From contig JBAZPC010000001.1 of assembly GCA_041648395.1 (NCBI GenBank), forward strand, positions 31,173 through 95,172: DNA of 64,000 nt, written 5' to 3'. The translations under genes and the position numbers were made by a program. This document shows positions 16,726 through 25,910 of the stretch, in pieces (within the stretch, counting starts at the first letter, position 1; each line of letters starts with the position of its first letter). The notes below the pieces were generated by a model that ran no database searches, was not told the DNA's origin, and was given only the letters and a program-made list of their open reading frames with translations. The stretch is from Minisyncoccota bacterium. Its GTDB lineage: Bacteria > Patescibacteriota > Minisyncoccia > UBA9983.

Positions 16726-17220
16726 ATGAGATTAATAGGAAACAAAATGAACAACGGAGAAGCAACTCTTTGTTATTGCCAGAGTTGCGGGAGTTGTTGC
16801 GGACAAGAATTCTTTACTCCCGGAAAAGATGGCCCGTTTTTTTCATCTCTATCGCCAGAAAGGATTTATAGTAGAGTTATTTTTGGAGTTCACCCCGAGG
16901 TCCACCAAAAACAGGTTGTACCTGTGTGTTTAGAGGTTGTATATTTTTGCAACTTCTGCGAGTGGCGTACAACAAACGGCCCCGATGAGGTGATGGAGAT
17001 AGTTATTAAACTAGCTGTTGTAAATGAAAAAATTGGGAGGGTAGAGCAGTGGAGAGCTGATTTTATTCCCGATTTGGGATGTTGGATTACTTTTTCTCGC
17101 GTGATAAGAGGAAAAGACAAGTGCAAATTTAACTATCAAATGAATGTTGCTCAGCTTGGTGACGTTTTGGTCGCGTTAAAAGAGCTGGAGGGTAATCCTT
17201 TCAAATTCAAATTTCAGTAA
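16726..17220 (+). CDS. Cys-rich hypothetical protein (N-terminal CYCQSCGSCCG cluster)
   Basis: SD TAGGAGG lies 5 nt before the ATG at 16726. The track ORF began at a TTG at 16720. The N-terminus is cysteine-rich. Confidence 0.5.
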   Translation: MRLIGNKMNNGEATLCYCQSCGSCCGQEFFTPGKDGPFFSSLSPERIYSRVIFGVHPEVHQKQVVPVCLEVVYFCNFCEWRTTNGPDEVMEIVIKLAVVNEKIGRVEQWRADFIPDLGCWITFSRVIRGKDKCKFNYQMNVAQLGDVLVALKELEGNPFKFKFQ

Positions 17221-17233
17221 AAAATACAAGAAA

Positions 17234-17262
17234 AACAGGTGCTTGCACCTGTTTTTATTTTT
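17234..17262 (+). terminator. Rho-independent terminator
   Basis: ACAGGTGC-TTGC-GCACCTGT followed by TTTTTATTTTT. Confidence 0.6.
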
Positions 17263-17276
17263 GCTAGAATAATTAA

Positions 17277-18494
17277 GTGAGTAAGTTAAAAAAATCTCTT
17301 TATTTTATTATTGTATTGGCGCTGTTTGGCGGGGTTTTTACCAGTGGCGCCATTTTTGGCTATTACAAACGGCCGGCGGTTGAAAAGGTTTATACGCTTT
17401 TCAATAAGGAGGCGACCAAACCGGCTGACATTGATTTTTCGCCGTTCTGGGTGGCATGGAGTACAATTGAACAAAAATACGTCTCAAAGGACACTGTGGA
17501 CAACCAAGCCATGGTCTGGGGCGCCATCCAAGGCATGGTAAAGGGGCTTGGCGACCCCTACACGACATTTTTCCCGCCCCAAGAGTCAAAGATATTCCAA
17601 GAGAACATTCGGGGTGATTTCGGAGGGGTCGGCATGGAAATAGGAATCAGAAAAGGCGTTCTCATAGTAATTTCTCCGCTTAAAAACACGCCGGCATACC
17701 GCGCGGGAATCAAAGCGGGGGATACAATCATAAAGATTGACGACACCATCACGACAGACATGACCGCCGATGAAGCGGCTAGTTTAATAAGAGGCGAGAA
17801 GGGAACGAAAGTGAAGCTGACCATATTAAGAAAAGACGCCGACGAACCTTTGGAATTTGAAATAACTAGAGACACAATAATTGTTCCGGTCTTGGACGCG
17901 GAAACGAAACCGGGTGGAATTTTCATTATCAAGCTTTATAATTTTTCCAACGGTTCCGCTGACGCATTCAGAGGCGCCTTGCGGGAATTCGTTCTTTCGG
18001 GACAAAACAATAAATTAATACTTGATTTGAGAAATAATCCCGGAGGATATTTGGAATCGGCGGTTGATATGGCGAGCTGGTTTTTACCCATCGGCGATGT
18101 TGTCGCCAGAGAAAAATTCGGCAGTGGCGAAGAAAATATTTTCAGAAGCAAGGGCTATGATATTTTCAATTCGCCAGCTGGCGAACTGCCTATGGTGATT
18201 TTGGTGAACGAGGGCAGCGCTTCCGCTTCGGAAATTTTGGCGGGAGCGTTGCAGGAGCACGGCATCGCCAAGCTGGTCGGCATAAAAACATTCGGTAAGG
18301 GCTCGGTGCAGGAACTGATTCAGATTACGCCAGATACTTCTTTAAAGCTTACTATCGCCAAATGGCTCACGCCGAACGGCAAATCACTTTCAGATAACGG
18401 GCTGGAACCGGATGTAAAAGTTGAAATGACAAAAAAAGACATAGACGCCAACAAAGACCCGCAGATGGATAAGGCGGTGGAATTATTAAAATGA
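17277..18494 (+). CDS. Carboxyl-terminal processing protease (peptidase S41, Ctp/Prc family) with PDZ domain
   Basis: PDZ is GMEIGIRKGVLIVISPLKNTPAYRAGIKAGDTII. S41 motifs are LILDLRNNPGGY and GSASASEILAGAL. GTG start. Confidence 0.85.
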   Translation: MSKLKKSLYFIIVLALFGGVFTSGAIFGYYKRPAVEKVYTLFNKEATKPADIDFSPFWVAWSTIEQKYVSKDTVDNQAMVWGAIQGMVKGLGDPYTTFFPPQESKIFQENIRGDFGGVGMEIGIRKGVLIVISPLKNTPAYRAGIKAGDTIIKIDDTITTDMTADEAASLIRGEKGTKVKLTILRKDADEPLEFEITRDTIIVPVLDAETKPGGIFIIKLYNFSNGSADAFRGALREFVLSGQNNKLILDLRNNPGGYLESAVDMASWFLPIGDVVAREKFGSGEENIFRSKGYDIFNSPAGELPMVILVNEGSASASEILAGALQEHGIAKLVGIKTFGKGSVQELIQITPDTSLKLTIAKWLTPNGKSLSDNGLEPDVKVEMTKKDIDANKDPQMDKAVELLK

Positions 18495-18916
18495 GAGTCA
18501 TTCTTCTTCACGACGTGCCAAATGTGGGCAAAAAATACGAAGTTAAAAACGTGAGCGACGGGTTTGCGCGAAATTTTCTCTTTGCCAAAAAGCTCGCTGA
18601 AGTTGCCACCACTCAGACAATCCAAAACATTGAAACAAAAAAGAAGCAAGACGAGCAAAAAAAGGAAGTAGATAAAAATATTTTGGGTAAAAATATCGCG
18701 GCGTTGGATGAAGTTAAAATTTCAATAAAGGAGAAGACAAACGAGAAAGGCCACCTTTTCGCGGCTATACACACCAAAGAAATAGCAAAAGCGCTGAAAG
18801 AGCAAAAGCAGATAGAAATCCCCGAAGAAATGATAGGGCTGGAAAAACCGATAAAAGAAAAAGGAGAGTATAAGATAAAAGTAAAAAACAAAGAGTTTAT
18901 TTTGGAAATTTTATGA
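18491..18916 (+). CDS. rplI: 50S ribosomal protein L9
   Basis: MRVILLHDVPNVGKKYEVKNVSDGFARNFL matches the L9 N-terminal domain. Confidence 0.85.
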   Translation: MRVILLHDVPNVGKKYEVKNVSDGFARNFLFAKKLAEVATTQTIQNIETKKKQDEQKKEVDKNILGKNIAALDEVKISIKEKTNEKGHLFAAIHTKEIAKALKEQKQIEIPEEMIGLEKPIKEKGEYKIKVKNKEFILEIL

Positions 18917-20553
18917 CAAAATATATTTTTGTAGTTGGAGGCGTGATGTCCGGAGTGGGGAAGGGCGTGGCCACTTCTTCTATCGGCCGAATTCTCCAAA
19001 ATTACGGCTACAAGGTCTCCGCCATGAAAATTGACCCGTATATAAACGTGGACGCCGGCACCATGAATCCCGTTGAACACGGGGAAGTGTTTGTGACGGA
19101 AGACGGCTTAGAAAGCGACCAGGACCTCGGCAACTATGAAAGATTTTTAAATGAAGACATGTACCGCGTTAATTACATGACGACGGGAATAATTTACGAA
19201 TCGGTTATCCACAAAGAGCGTAATTTGGAATTCAAAGGAAAGTGCGTGCAGGTCATTCCCCATGTGCCGGAGGAGGTTATACATCGCATTGAAAATTGCG
19301 CAAAAAAAACAAAAGCCGATTTCGTTTTGATAGAAATAGGAGGAACGGCGGGAGAATATGAAAATCTTATTTTTCTTGAAGCGGGCAGAATGATGAAATT
19401 GAAATATCCGGAAAAAGTTCTTTTTGTGATGGTGAGCTATTTGCCGATTCCGGACAAAATAGGGGAGATGAAAACGAAACCGACCCAGCACGCCGTACGC
19501 GCCCTCAATTCCGCCGGCATCCAGCCCAATATAATAATTGCTAGAGCGAGAGTCGCGGTGGACAAGCCAAGAAAAGCGAAGATGGCCGTTTTTTGCAACA
19601 TCAAAGAAGAAGACGTTATTTCCGCGCCGGACATAGAAAGCATTTACGAAGTGCCCGTCAATTTTGAAAAAGACAATCTGGGCGAGAGGATTCTGCAAAA
19701 GTTTGGCCTAAAAGCGAAAATAAATAAAAAAAGAGCGCAAGAATGGGAAGAGATGGTAAAAATAGTGAAGCAGGCAAACAAGGCGTCAAACAAAAAGAAA
19801 ATAAAAATCGCCATGATAGGAAAATATTTCGCCACCGGTGATTTTATTTTGAGCGATTCTTACATTTCCGTCATTGAAGCGATAAAGCACGCGTCTTGGC
19901 CGACGGGGTATAAGGCGGAAATTGACTGGATTGATTCGGAAATTTACGAAAAAAATCAAAAAAAATTGAACGACCTCGCGAAATACGACGGCGTCATAGT
20001 GCCGGGCGGATTCGGCTCCCGCGGCGTGGAAGGAAAAATTAAAGCCATCCAATTTGCGAGAGAAAACGACATTCCATATTTGGGATTATGCTACGGCATG
20101 CAGTTGGCCGTTATTGAAGTGGCGCGACATTTGGCGGGAATGAAAAACGCCAACACGACGGAAATAAATCCAAGCGCGCCGTTTCCAGTCATAGACATCA
20201 GCGAAGACCAGAAAGAAAACGTAAAAAATAACCGGTACGGCGGATCCATGCGGCTCGGCTCTTATCCTTGTGAATTAAAAAAAAATTCCTTAAGCATGAA
20301 GGCGTACAAAGAAAAAACCATTCTGGAAAGGCATAGGCACAGGTATGAATTAAATAACGACTATCGGGACAAATTGGAAAAGGCCGGCTTATTGATGGCG
20401 GGAATAAACAAAGAAAGAAATCTTGTGGAAATTATTGAATATAAAAATCATCCGTTTTTCGTGGGTGTTCAGTTCCATCCGGAATTCAAGTCGCGGCCGC
20501 TTCATCCCCATCCTTTATTCAGAGAATTTATTAAGGCCTGTTTGGCTAGATAA
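18913..20553 (+). CDS. pyrG: CTP synthase
   Basis: KYIFVVGGVMSGVGKGVATSSIG. The GATase domain is GLCYGMQL...HRYE. Confidence 0.95.
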   Translation: MTKYIFVVGGVMSGVGKGVATSSIGRILQNYGYKVSAMKIDPYINVDAGTMNPVEHGEVFVTEDGLESDQDLGNYERFLNEDMYRVNYMTTGIIYESVIHKERNLEFKGKCVQVIPHVPEEVIHRIENCAKKTKADFVLIEIGGTAGEYENLIFLEAGRMMKLKYPEKVLFVMVSYLPIPDKIGEMKTKPTQHAVRALNSAGIQPNIIIARARVAVDKPRKAKMAVFCNIKEEDVISAPDIESIYEVPVNFEKDNLGERILQKFGLKAKINKKRAQEWEEMVKIVKQANKASNKKKIKIAMIGKYFATGDFILSDSYISVIEAIKHASWPTGYKAEIDWIDSEIYEKNQKKLNDLAKYDGVIVPGGFGSRGVEGKIKAIQFARENDIPYLGLCYGMQLAVIEVARHLAGMKNANTTEINPSAPFPVIDISEDQKENVKNNRYGGSMRLGSYPCELKKNSLSMKAYKEKTILERHRHRYELNNDYRDKLEKAGLLMAGINKERNLVEIIEYKNHPFFVGVQFHPEFKSRPLHPHPLFREFIKACLAR

Positions 20554-20818
20554 TATTAACAACTTTGTATTTTTTAATTTGACCGTCGTATTTAGTTTTT
20601 TTCTGAACCCCATATTTAACCGTGCCTTTCTTGATGGAGTAGAGGGTGTGGTCTTTCCCAATCATGACGCTTTCACCGGCCAATATCCTGGTGCCTCTCT
20701 GGCGCACCAAAACAGAACCGGCTTGCGCTTTCTGCCCGTCGTAAAGTTTGATTCCCAGATATTTAGGATTGGAATCTTTTAAGTTTTTGGCTGTTCCTCC
20801 AGCTTTCCTATGCGCCAT
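20546..20818 (-). CDS. rpmA: 50S ribosomal protein L27
   Basis: MAHRKAGGTAKNLKDSNPKYLGIKLYDGQ matches the L27 N-terminus. It overlaps the pyrG 3' end convergently by 8 nt. Confidence 0.85.
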   Translation of the reverse strand: MAHRKAGGTAKNLKDSNPKYLGIKLYDGQKAQAGSVLVRQRGTRILAGESVMIGKDHTLYSIKKGTVKYGVQKKTKYDGQIKKYKVVNII

Positions 20819-20832
20819 AAATCAATGTTTAT

Positions 20833-21192
20833 ATGCTAGCAAAACTAAAAAATTTAATCAAGTTATATGAGAAAGACGTTATTCTTGCCGTTATTATTAT
20901 TTTGGTTGCCCTGATTAGTTTTGGTTTAGGGAGGTTGTCAAAAATAAAAGAGGGGAGAGTGCCGTTAATAATAGAAAATGCGCAAAATGATGCGAGTGCA
21001 CAAACCCCCTCTTTATCAGGTACAACTGCAGAGGGAGCAATTGTGGCTTCAAAAAACGGCACAAAATACCATTATCCGTGGTGTCCCGGCGCCGCGACAA
21101 TAAAAGAAGAGAATAAAATTACTTTTTCCACAATAGAAGAAGCCAGAAAGGCCGGCTATCAACCAGCTTCAAATTGCAAAGGATTAAAATAA
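20833..21192 (+). CDS. Membrane-anchored protein with a C-terminal H-x-P-x-C ... C putative metal-binding domain
   Basis: N-terminal TM helix. The C-terminal motif is GTKYHYPWCPGAATIKEENKITFSTIEEARKAGYQPASNCKG. Confidence 0.5.
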   Translation: MLAKLKNLIKLYEKDVILAVIIILVALISFGLGRLSKIKEGRVPLIIENAQNDASAQTPSLSGTTAEGAIVASKNGTKYHYPWCPGAATIKEENKITFSTIEEARKAGYQPASNCKGLK

Positions 21193-21194
21193 AA

Positions 21195-21240
21195 ATGTTA
21201 CCACTCCCAAGCGATCGCTGGTAAACGGTAACATTTTGTT
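21195..21240. repeat. Palindromic element copy 1 (GTTACC...AGCGATCGCT...GGTAAC), a terminator-like hairpin containing GCGATCGC
   Basis: aaatgttaccactcccaagcgatcgctggtaaacggtaacatttt. The second copy is at 29435-29478. Confidence 0.5.
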
Positions 21241-21362
21241 TACAAATTTTATTTACAAGTATCACCTATAGGTTGCTATAGCATTAGATAGGGGATAGTT
21301 GCAAAATTTGGCTTGAAATGCTACTTTAAAAATAGAATTTTGAACCTTGAAGGGAGATAATA

Positions 21363-21584
21363 ATGATTGAACCAAAAAACTTACCTAAATCACCTACGGC
21401 ACACAGATGGCTTGGTTTTGGCGCTTGTGGTTACTTAATGTTGAAATGCCAAACGTGCGGGATTATAGTAAATACAAAAGATGCTCTTGATGGTAAATAT
21501 CCTATCTGCCCCAAACCACATCCTAAGGGTTGTAATCTTTATAAATTTGAATCAGTAATAAAGGGGAGTTTAAATGGTAGTTGA
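21363..21584 (+). CDS. Small Cys-rich hypothetical protein (zinc-ribbon-like)
   Basis: SD GAAGGGAGATAATA then ATG. CGYLMLKCQTCG...CPKPHPKGC. Confidence 0.4.
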   Translation: MIEPKNLPKSPTAHRWLGFGACGYLMLKCQTCGIIVNTKDALDGKYPICPKPHPKGCNLYKFESVIKGSLNGS

Positions 21585-21601
21585 AACATACTGCCATTTT
21601 T

Positions 21602-22687
21602 TTATTTTTCCAAATCTTCTTGCACTTTCTTGTTTTTTGAAGCCGTGAGAGTGGTGAATTGCTTTTTGGTCATGAAATCGGCTATTTTTTTTCCTAAGGT
21701 TTCTTTTATTTTATCCATATCGTAAGAGGTTCGTTCCTGCGTTTTGCGGGTCAGATAACCTTCGGCGCCGAAAACCCTTTCCACTTTTTGGTTATCCATA
21801 AAGCCGTAAACAACCGCTTTTAATTCATCCAAGCGGTCGTCGTTTTTATCATTTTGCGCTTTCAAGCCAAAATATTCTTTTATAATTTCTTTTATTTCTT
21901 CTTCTGATTTTGAATTTTGCGCTTCGTACTTGCTGGCGTACAAATGTTTCCACATCGGACACATCTGCCGATAGCCGCACCAATCGCACAAAGGCGAGGG
22001 AGTGGGAGGGAAGTCGTTGTTTTTAATTCTCTCCTGAATATCTTTTATTGTTTCAAGCGCGTTATTCTTTGTATTTTCAAGCTGCTCTTTTGTGCGCGAA
22101 GTTGAAATTTTTTCTCCGTGCTTTAAAAAATACAAACTCAATTTTATTTTGGAAACATCCAGCTGCGGCCAGCGCTTCATTAAGCCCATATGATAAATAG
22201 ACATCTGCAAATCATTATCTAAAGTTTCTTGCGCCGGCATTCTTTTTGCCGTCTTGTAGTCAATTATTTCATAGGAGTCGTCATTCTTGTCAACACGGTC
22301 AATGATGCCGGCCAAGACATGCGTTTCTTTTTTTGCAGGATCTTCCAGCTCCGCCTCAAAACGCGATTCCAAATCAACCACATTAAAATTCCAAGGAGGA
22401 TTCTGTTTGTAAAATTTTTCCAGAATGGAAATTCCTTCTTTAAGGTACGCGTCCTTTTCTTCGTCCGAAAAATTTGCCTGACCCCAGACATCGCGGAAAA
22501 AGTCAATAATCTGGTCAAGGGTGGGGTAGAGGGGCGTCCTTTCAAACATAAATTTCAAAGTTGAATGGATTGCCGAACCAAAAACCATCTCCACGCCTTT
22601 CGGGACGCGAATTTTATCTATGTTCTGGAATTTATATTTGAGCGGACACGTTTTAAATGTGTCCAAATTTGAGTAGGAAGTACGCAT
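21602..22687 (-). CDS. PD-(D/E)XK nuclease family protein (Cas4/AddB-like Fe-S nuclease domain), stand-alone
   Basis: N-terminal Cys in KTCPLKYKF. D/E-x-K core is GIIDRVDKNDDSYEIIDYKT. C-terminal CDWCGYRQMC three-Cys cluster. Confidence 0.7.
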   Translation of the reverse strand: MRTSYSNLDTFKTCPLKYKFQNIDKIRVPKGVEMVFGSAIHSTLKFMFERTPLYPTLDQIIDFFRDVWGQANFSDEEKDAYLKEGISILEKFYKQNPPWNFNVVDLESRFEAELEDPAKKETHVLAGIIDRVDKNDDSYEIIDYKTAKRMPAQETLDNDLQMSIYHMGLMKRWPQLDVSKIKLSLYFLKHGEKISTSRTKEQLENTKNNALETIKDIQERIKNNDFPPTPSPLCDWCGYRQMCPMWKHLYASKYEAQNSKSEEEIKEIIKEYFGLKAQNDKNDDRLDELKAVVYGFMDNQKVERVFGAEGYLTRKTQERTSYDMDKIKETLGKKIADFMTKKQFTTLTASKNKKVQEDLEK

Positions 22688-22728
22688 GGGGGATTAAATA
22701 TACAATGTCGCACAATATACCTTCTCGG

Positions 22729-23043
22729 TCATTGTGATTGTTGCGGTAAGGCAGTTGGCCCGCTTTCAAACATCTTTGGATTTTGACCCGCTTTTATCCT
22801 TTTCATGCTGTCAATGAAAGAATTCCAAAGAAGATTAAGAAAAACATCATTCCATAAATATTTTGCTGGACTGGCAAGGTAAGTTCCCCACATGCTTTTG
22901 CACCAATTCCAAACGTAGCCAACATTTGACTTGGCTGTGTCGTTTTCCACAATAGATCTTATATTTATGCCGAAATAACCCAAAATGACAAGGAGGACGA
23001 CTATTAAAATAATTAATTTTATAAAACCGGCTTGATGCGCCAT
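22729..23043 (-). CDS. Hypothetical membrane protein
   Basis: N-terminal TM helix. A TATAAT lies 7 nt before the ATG. Confidence 0.45.
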   Translation of the reverse strand: MAHQAGFIKLIILIVVLLVILGYFGINIRSIVENDTAKSNVGYVWNWCKSMWGTYLASPAKYLWNDVFLNLLWNSFIDSMKRIKAGQNPKMFESGPTALPQQSQ

Positions 23044-23067
23044 ATTGCTTTAATTATACCTTATCTC

Positions 23068-23558
23068 TTATAAATATGACAATAGATTGTTCGGATGTTC
23101 TATAAGCACCCATTTTCCGTAGGAAACGCCATTACAATTTTTATCCGTATCGCCCACGCCTTTCACCACACCATCCTTCGCCGCCTTGATTGGAGCGCCG
23201 ACGGCAGCTCTGAAATCAATTCCATTGTGCCCTGCTCCATTATAGACCTGAGGGTTGGCGGTGGCAAAAGCCGTGTTGCCAAAATATTGGGTAATGAATA
23301 TTTTTCCGTCCAATGGCCATTTTAAAACTCCAGTTCCAATTTTTCAATATTAAGTTTTTTTGCATTTGCCTCTAAGCGGGTAATTTCGTTTTTTAGGGTT
23401 GTTTTTTCGCCGGAGATTTTATCAACCTGCGCCTGATATTCCGCGATTTCTTTTTCAATCTGCTCCATTTGCGCGCTTTTTTCGTCTATCTGTTTTTGCA
23501 AATCATCCAAGCGAGAAGCGCGAGCATTAGTAACCAGTAACGAGTAATAAAATCGCAA
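23068..23558 (-). pseudogene. Degraded peptidase M23 (LytM-like) gene: an N-terminal coiled-coil ORF (23322-23558) and a truncated M23 domain ORF (23068-23313) in different frames
   Basis: The first Zn motif HNGIDFRAAVGAPIKAAKDG is present. The ORF stops right after ...VLIEHPNNLLSYL, before the HxH motif. The upstream coiled-coil ORF is out of frame. Confidence 0.4.
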
Positions 23559-23577
23559 TTAAAATATTTTTTTATAT

Positions 23578-24888
23578 TTATATTTTTTTGATTGCATTTT
23601 TTAATCTTTTTATAGTTTCTTCTTTGCCTAAAATTTCCGCAACGATAAAAGGGTCTGGTGATTTATCCTCGCCAGTGAGCGCCATGCGAAACGGCCAAAG
23701 CACGTTCCCTCTCCCCTCTTTTTCCGCGTAATCGCGAATCGCTTTCTTGTCCCCTATTAACTCCGCGACTTTCTGAAGATGAATTTTTGTTTTGTTTAAA
23801 TTATCCTCATTTTTCCATAAAAGTTTTTCTTTCTCGTATTCCGGCTGTTCAAAAAAATAATCGATGTCTTCGCTTATGTCAGACAATTTATTCATCCTTT
23901 CCTTTTGTATTCCTATAATTTTTTTTATTTTTTCTTTTTCCAAATATGGCGCGCATAATTCCATCAACTTTTCCGTGTCCATCTTTTTTATATACTGACT
24001 GTTTATCCAGTTAAGTTTTTCAATATTAAAAATTGCGCCTGCTTTTTGTATTTTTTTAATATCAAATTCTTTTATTAATTCCTCCATGGAAAAAATCTCT
24101 TGGTCAGTGCCGGAATTCCAGCCTAAAAGCGCCAAAAAATTTACCATTGCTTCCGGCAAATATCCCAGCTTTTTGTAATAAGAAAGAGAAACATGTTCGC
24201 CATGCTTCCGCTTGGAAAGCTTGGACCTGTCAGGCGCCAAAACCAGCGGTAAATGGGCATAAACAGGCCTAGGAGCGCCGATTGCCTCCTGAATGAGGAT
24301 TTGCCTGGGAGTGTTGGAAATATGGTCTTCTCCGCGGATAATGTGCGTCACGCCCATTTCAAAATCGTCGGCAACCACCGCCAAATGATAAACCGGCTCA
24401 TCAAAACTTTTAGCTATGACAAAATCTTTCAGTTCCGTTGTGTCAAATTCTATCTCTCCACGAATCAAGTCGTTAAATTTTATTTTTTTGTTCGGATTTT
24501 TAAATCTTATTACTTGCCCTGCCTTCGTCCCGAGCTCAGGCCGAGGGGAGCTCCTCAAATGGGCTTCTTCAGCCATATAAGCATTGCCTTCGTTTATCAT
24601 TTTTTGAATATATTTTTTGTAAATTTCCGCGCGCTCCGATTGCCTGACCATGTTTGAAAAATTCAAATCAATACCGAGCCACTTCAAGCCGTTTATAATA
24701 TCGTCTTCGTATTCTTTTTTTGACCTTTCTTTGTCTGTGTCTTCAAGCCGGAATAAAAGTTTTCCGCCGTTTTGTTTCGTAAAGAGATAATTAAAAAGCG
24801 CGGTTCTGGCGTTGCCGACATGGAACGGCCCCGTGGGGCTCGGAGGAAAACGGGTAATTATTTTTTCTTTTGCAACCATACTTAACAT
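23578..24888 (-). CDS. gltX: Glutamyl-tRNA synthetase
   Basis: RFPPSPTGPFHVGNARTALFNYLF (HIGH motif) and KLSKR (KMSKS motif). Confidence 0.9.
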   Translation of the reverse strand: MLSMVAKEKIITRFPPSPTGPFHVGNARTALFNYLFTKQNGGKLLFRLEDTDKERSKKEYEDDIINGLKWLGIDLNFSNMVRQSERAEIYKKYIQKMINEGNAYMAEEAHLRSSPRPELGTKAGQVIRFKNPNKKIKFNDLIRGEIEFDTTELKDFVIAKSFDEPVYHLAVVADDFEMGVTHIIRGEDHISNTPRQILIQEAIGAPRPVYAHLPLVLAPDRSKLSKRKHGEHVSLSYYKKLGYLPEAMVNFLALLGWNSGTDQEIFSMEELIKEFDIKKIQKAGAIFNIEKLNWINSQYIKKMDTEKLMELCAPYLEKEKIKKIIGIQKERMNKLSDISEDIDYFFEQPEYEKEKLLWKNEDNLNKTKIHLQKVAELIGDKKAIRDYAEKEGRGNVLWPFRMALTGEDKSPDPFIVAEILGKEETIKRLKNAIKKI

Positions 24889-24941
24889 TATTTTATCATA
24901 AAATTACTAAACAAAAAAGGGCGGTTTCCCGCCCTTTGCGA

Positions 24942-25823
24942 TTATTTTGACCTCGCGTTTGACCTTGCGCAGGCCTTCATTTCCCAATCTTTTCTATTCT
25001 GCTCTTTGCTGTATCTTCTCGCCCACAAGGTTGGCAATACTGGGCCCCATGGTCTCTTGGGATGAATCATACTCACCGACCCAAAACTTATCGCTCTTGC
25101 GCCCATTGCTAATGTTTTTCCTATATCTTCATACTCCCAAATACTAGGGGCGATAATAGGAGTGGAAACGGTATCTGCTAGTTCTTTGAGAATCCGCCAA
25201 TTTATTTCCTGTGCTGTTTTACCAGACCTCGCTCCGCCTATTAGTGCAGGAACACTATTGATGCTTATTGCTTGCACTAGTCCTTCTGTTTTCTTTGCTA
25301 TTTTCATATAATGACTGTTCGCGTGTCCAACTTTAACAATAAGTGGAGTATTTACTAAAGATCTTATGGTCTCGCAATTTCTTATCGTTTCTTCCTCGCC
25401 GATTATTATGTCGTTCGGGCAAGATGCATTATATTCAAACGCAAGAATATTCGGTAAACGTGATTCTAACTCTATAAGCATCACCCTTAATTGTTCCTTT
25501 TCTTTGCCTGCTATAGATAAGATAAGATTTTTATCTTTATATATCTTTTTTTGATATTTGCTGATAAATTGCAAAAGACCCGTATTATCCAGCCCAAAAT
25601 TATTCCACCACCCATTTTTGATCGGCCTTATTTTTTTAGGCCCTTTCCGCGGATATCGCGTTATTGTTTTTGTGACTATCGCAAACAAATTGGGGTCATA
25701 CAAATTCAATAATTTTAATAAATCATAAAGAATTCTGTGCGCAATAGTCGCTCCCCTACCATCAAACCCCATCATGCCGGAAGAAAGAAAAAATTGATAA
25801 TTTTTGTCTCCTAATGTTATCAT
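24942..25823 (-). CDS. Dihydroorotate dehydrogenase-family TIM-barrel flavoprotein
   Basis: NNFGLDNTG matches the DHOD N-R-x-G-F-N-N-x-G box. EYNASCPN matches the DHOD/DHPD N-x-S-C-P-N motif. Confidence 0.6.
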   Translation of the reverse strand: MITLGDKNYQFFLSSGMMGFDGRGATIAHRILYDLLKLLNLYDPNLFAIVTKTITRYPRKGPKKIRPIKNGWWNNFGLDNTGLLQFISKYQKKIYKDKNLILSIAGKEKEQLRVMLIELESRLPNILAFEYNASCPNDIIIGEEETIRNCETIRSLVNTPLIVKVGHANSHYMKIAKKTEGLVQAISINSVPALIGGARSGKTAQEINWRILKELADTVSTPIIAPSIWEYEDIGKTLAMGARAISFGSVSMIHPKRPWGPVLPTLWARRYSKEQNRKDWEMKACARSNARSK

Positions 25824-25910
25824 GCAGCAATACCTCCCTTTTTTAAATTTTTAAACATCAAAAATCGTCTGATATCATCATATTATAAAAAGACCAAAGA
25901 GTCAAATTAA

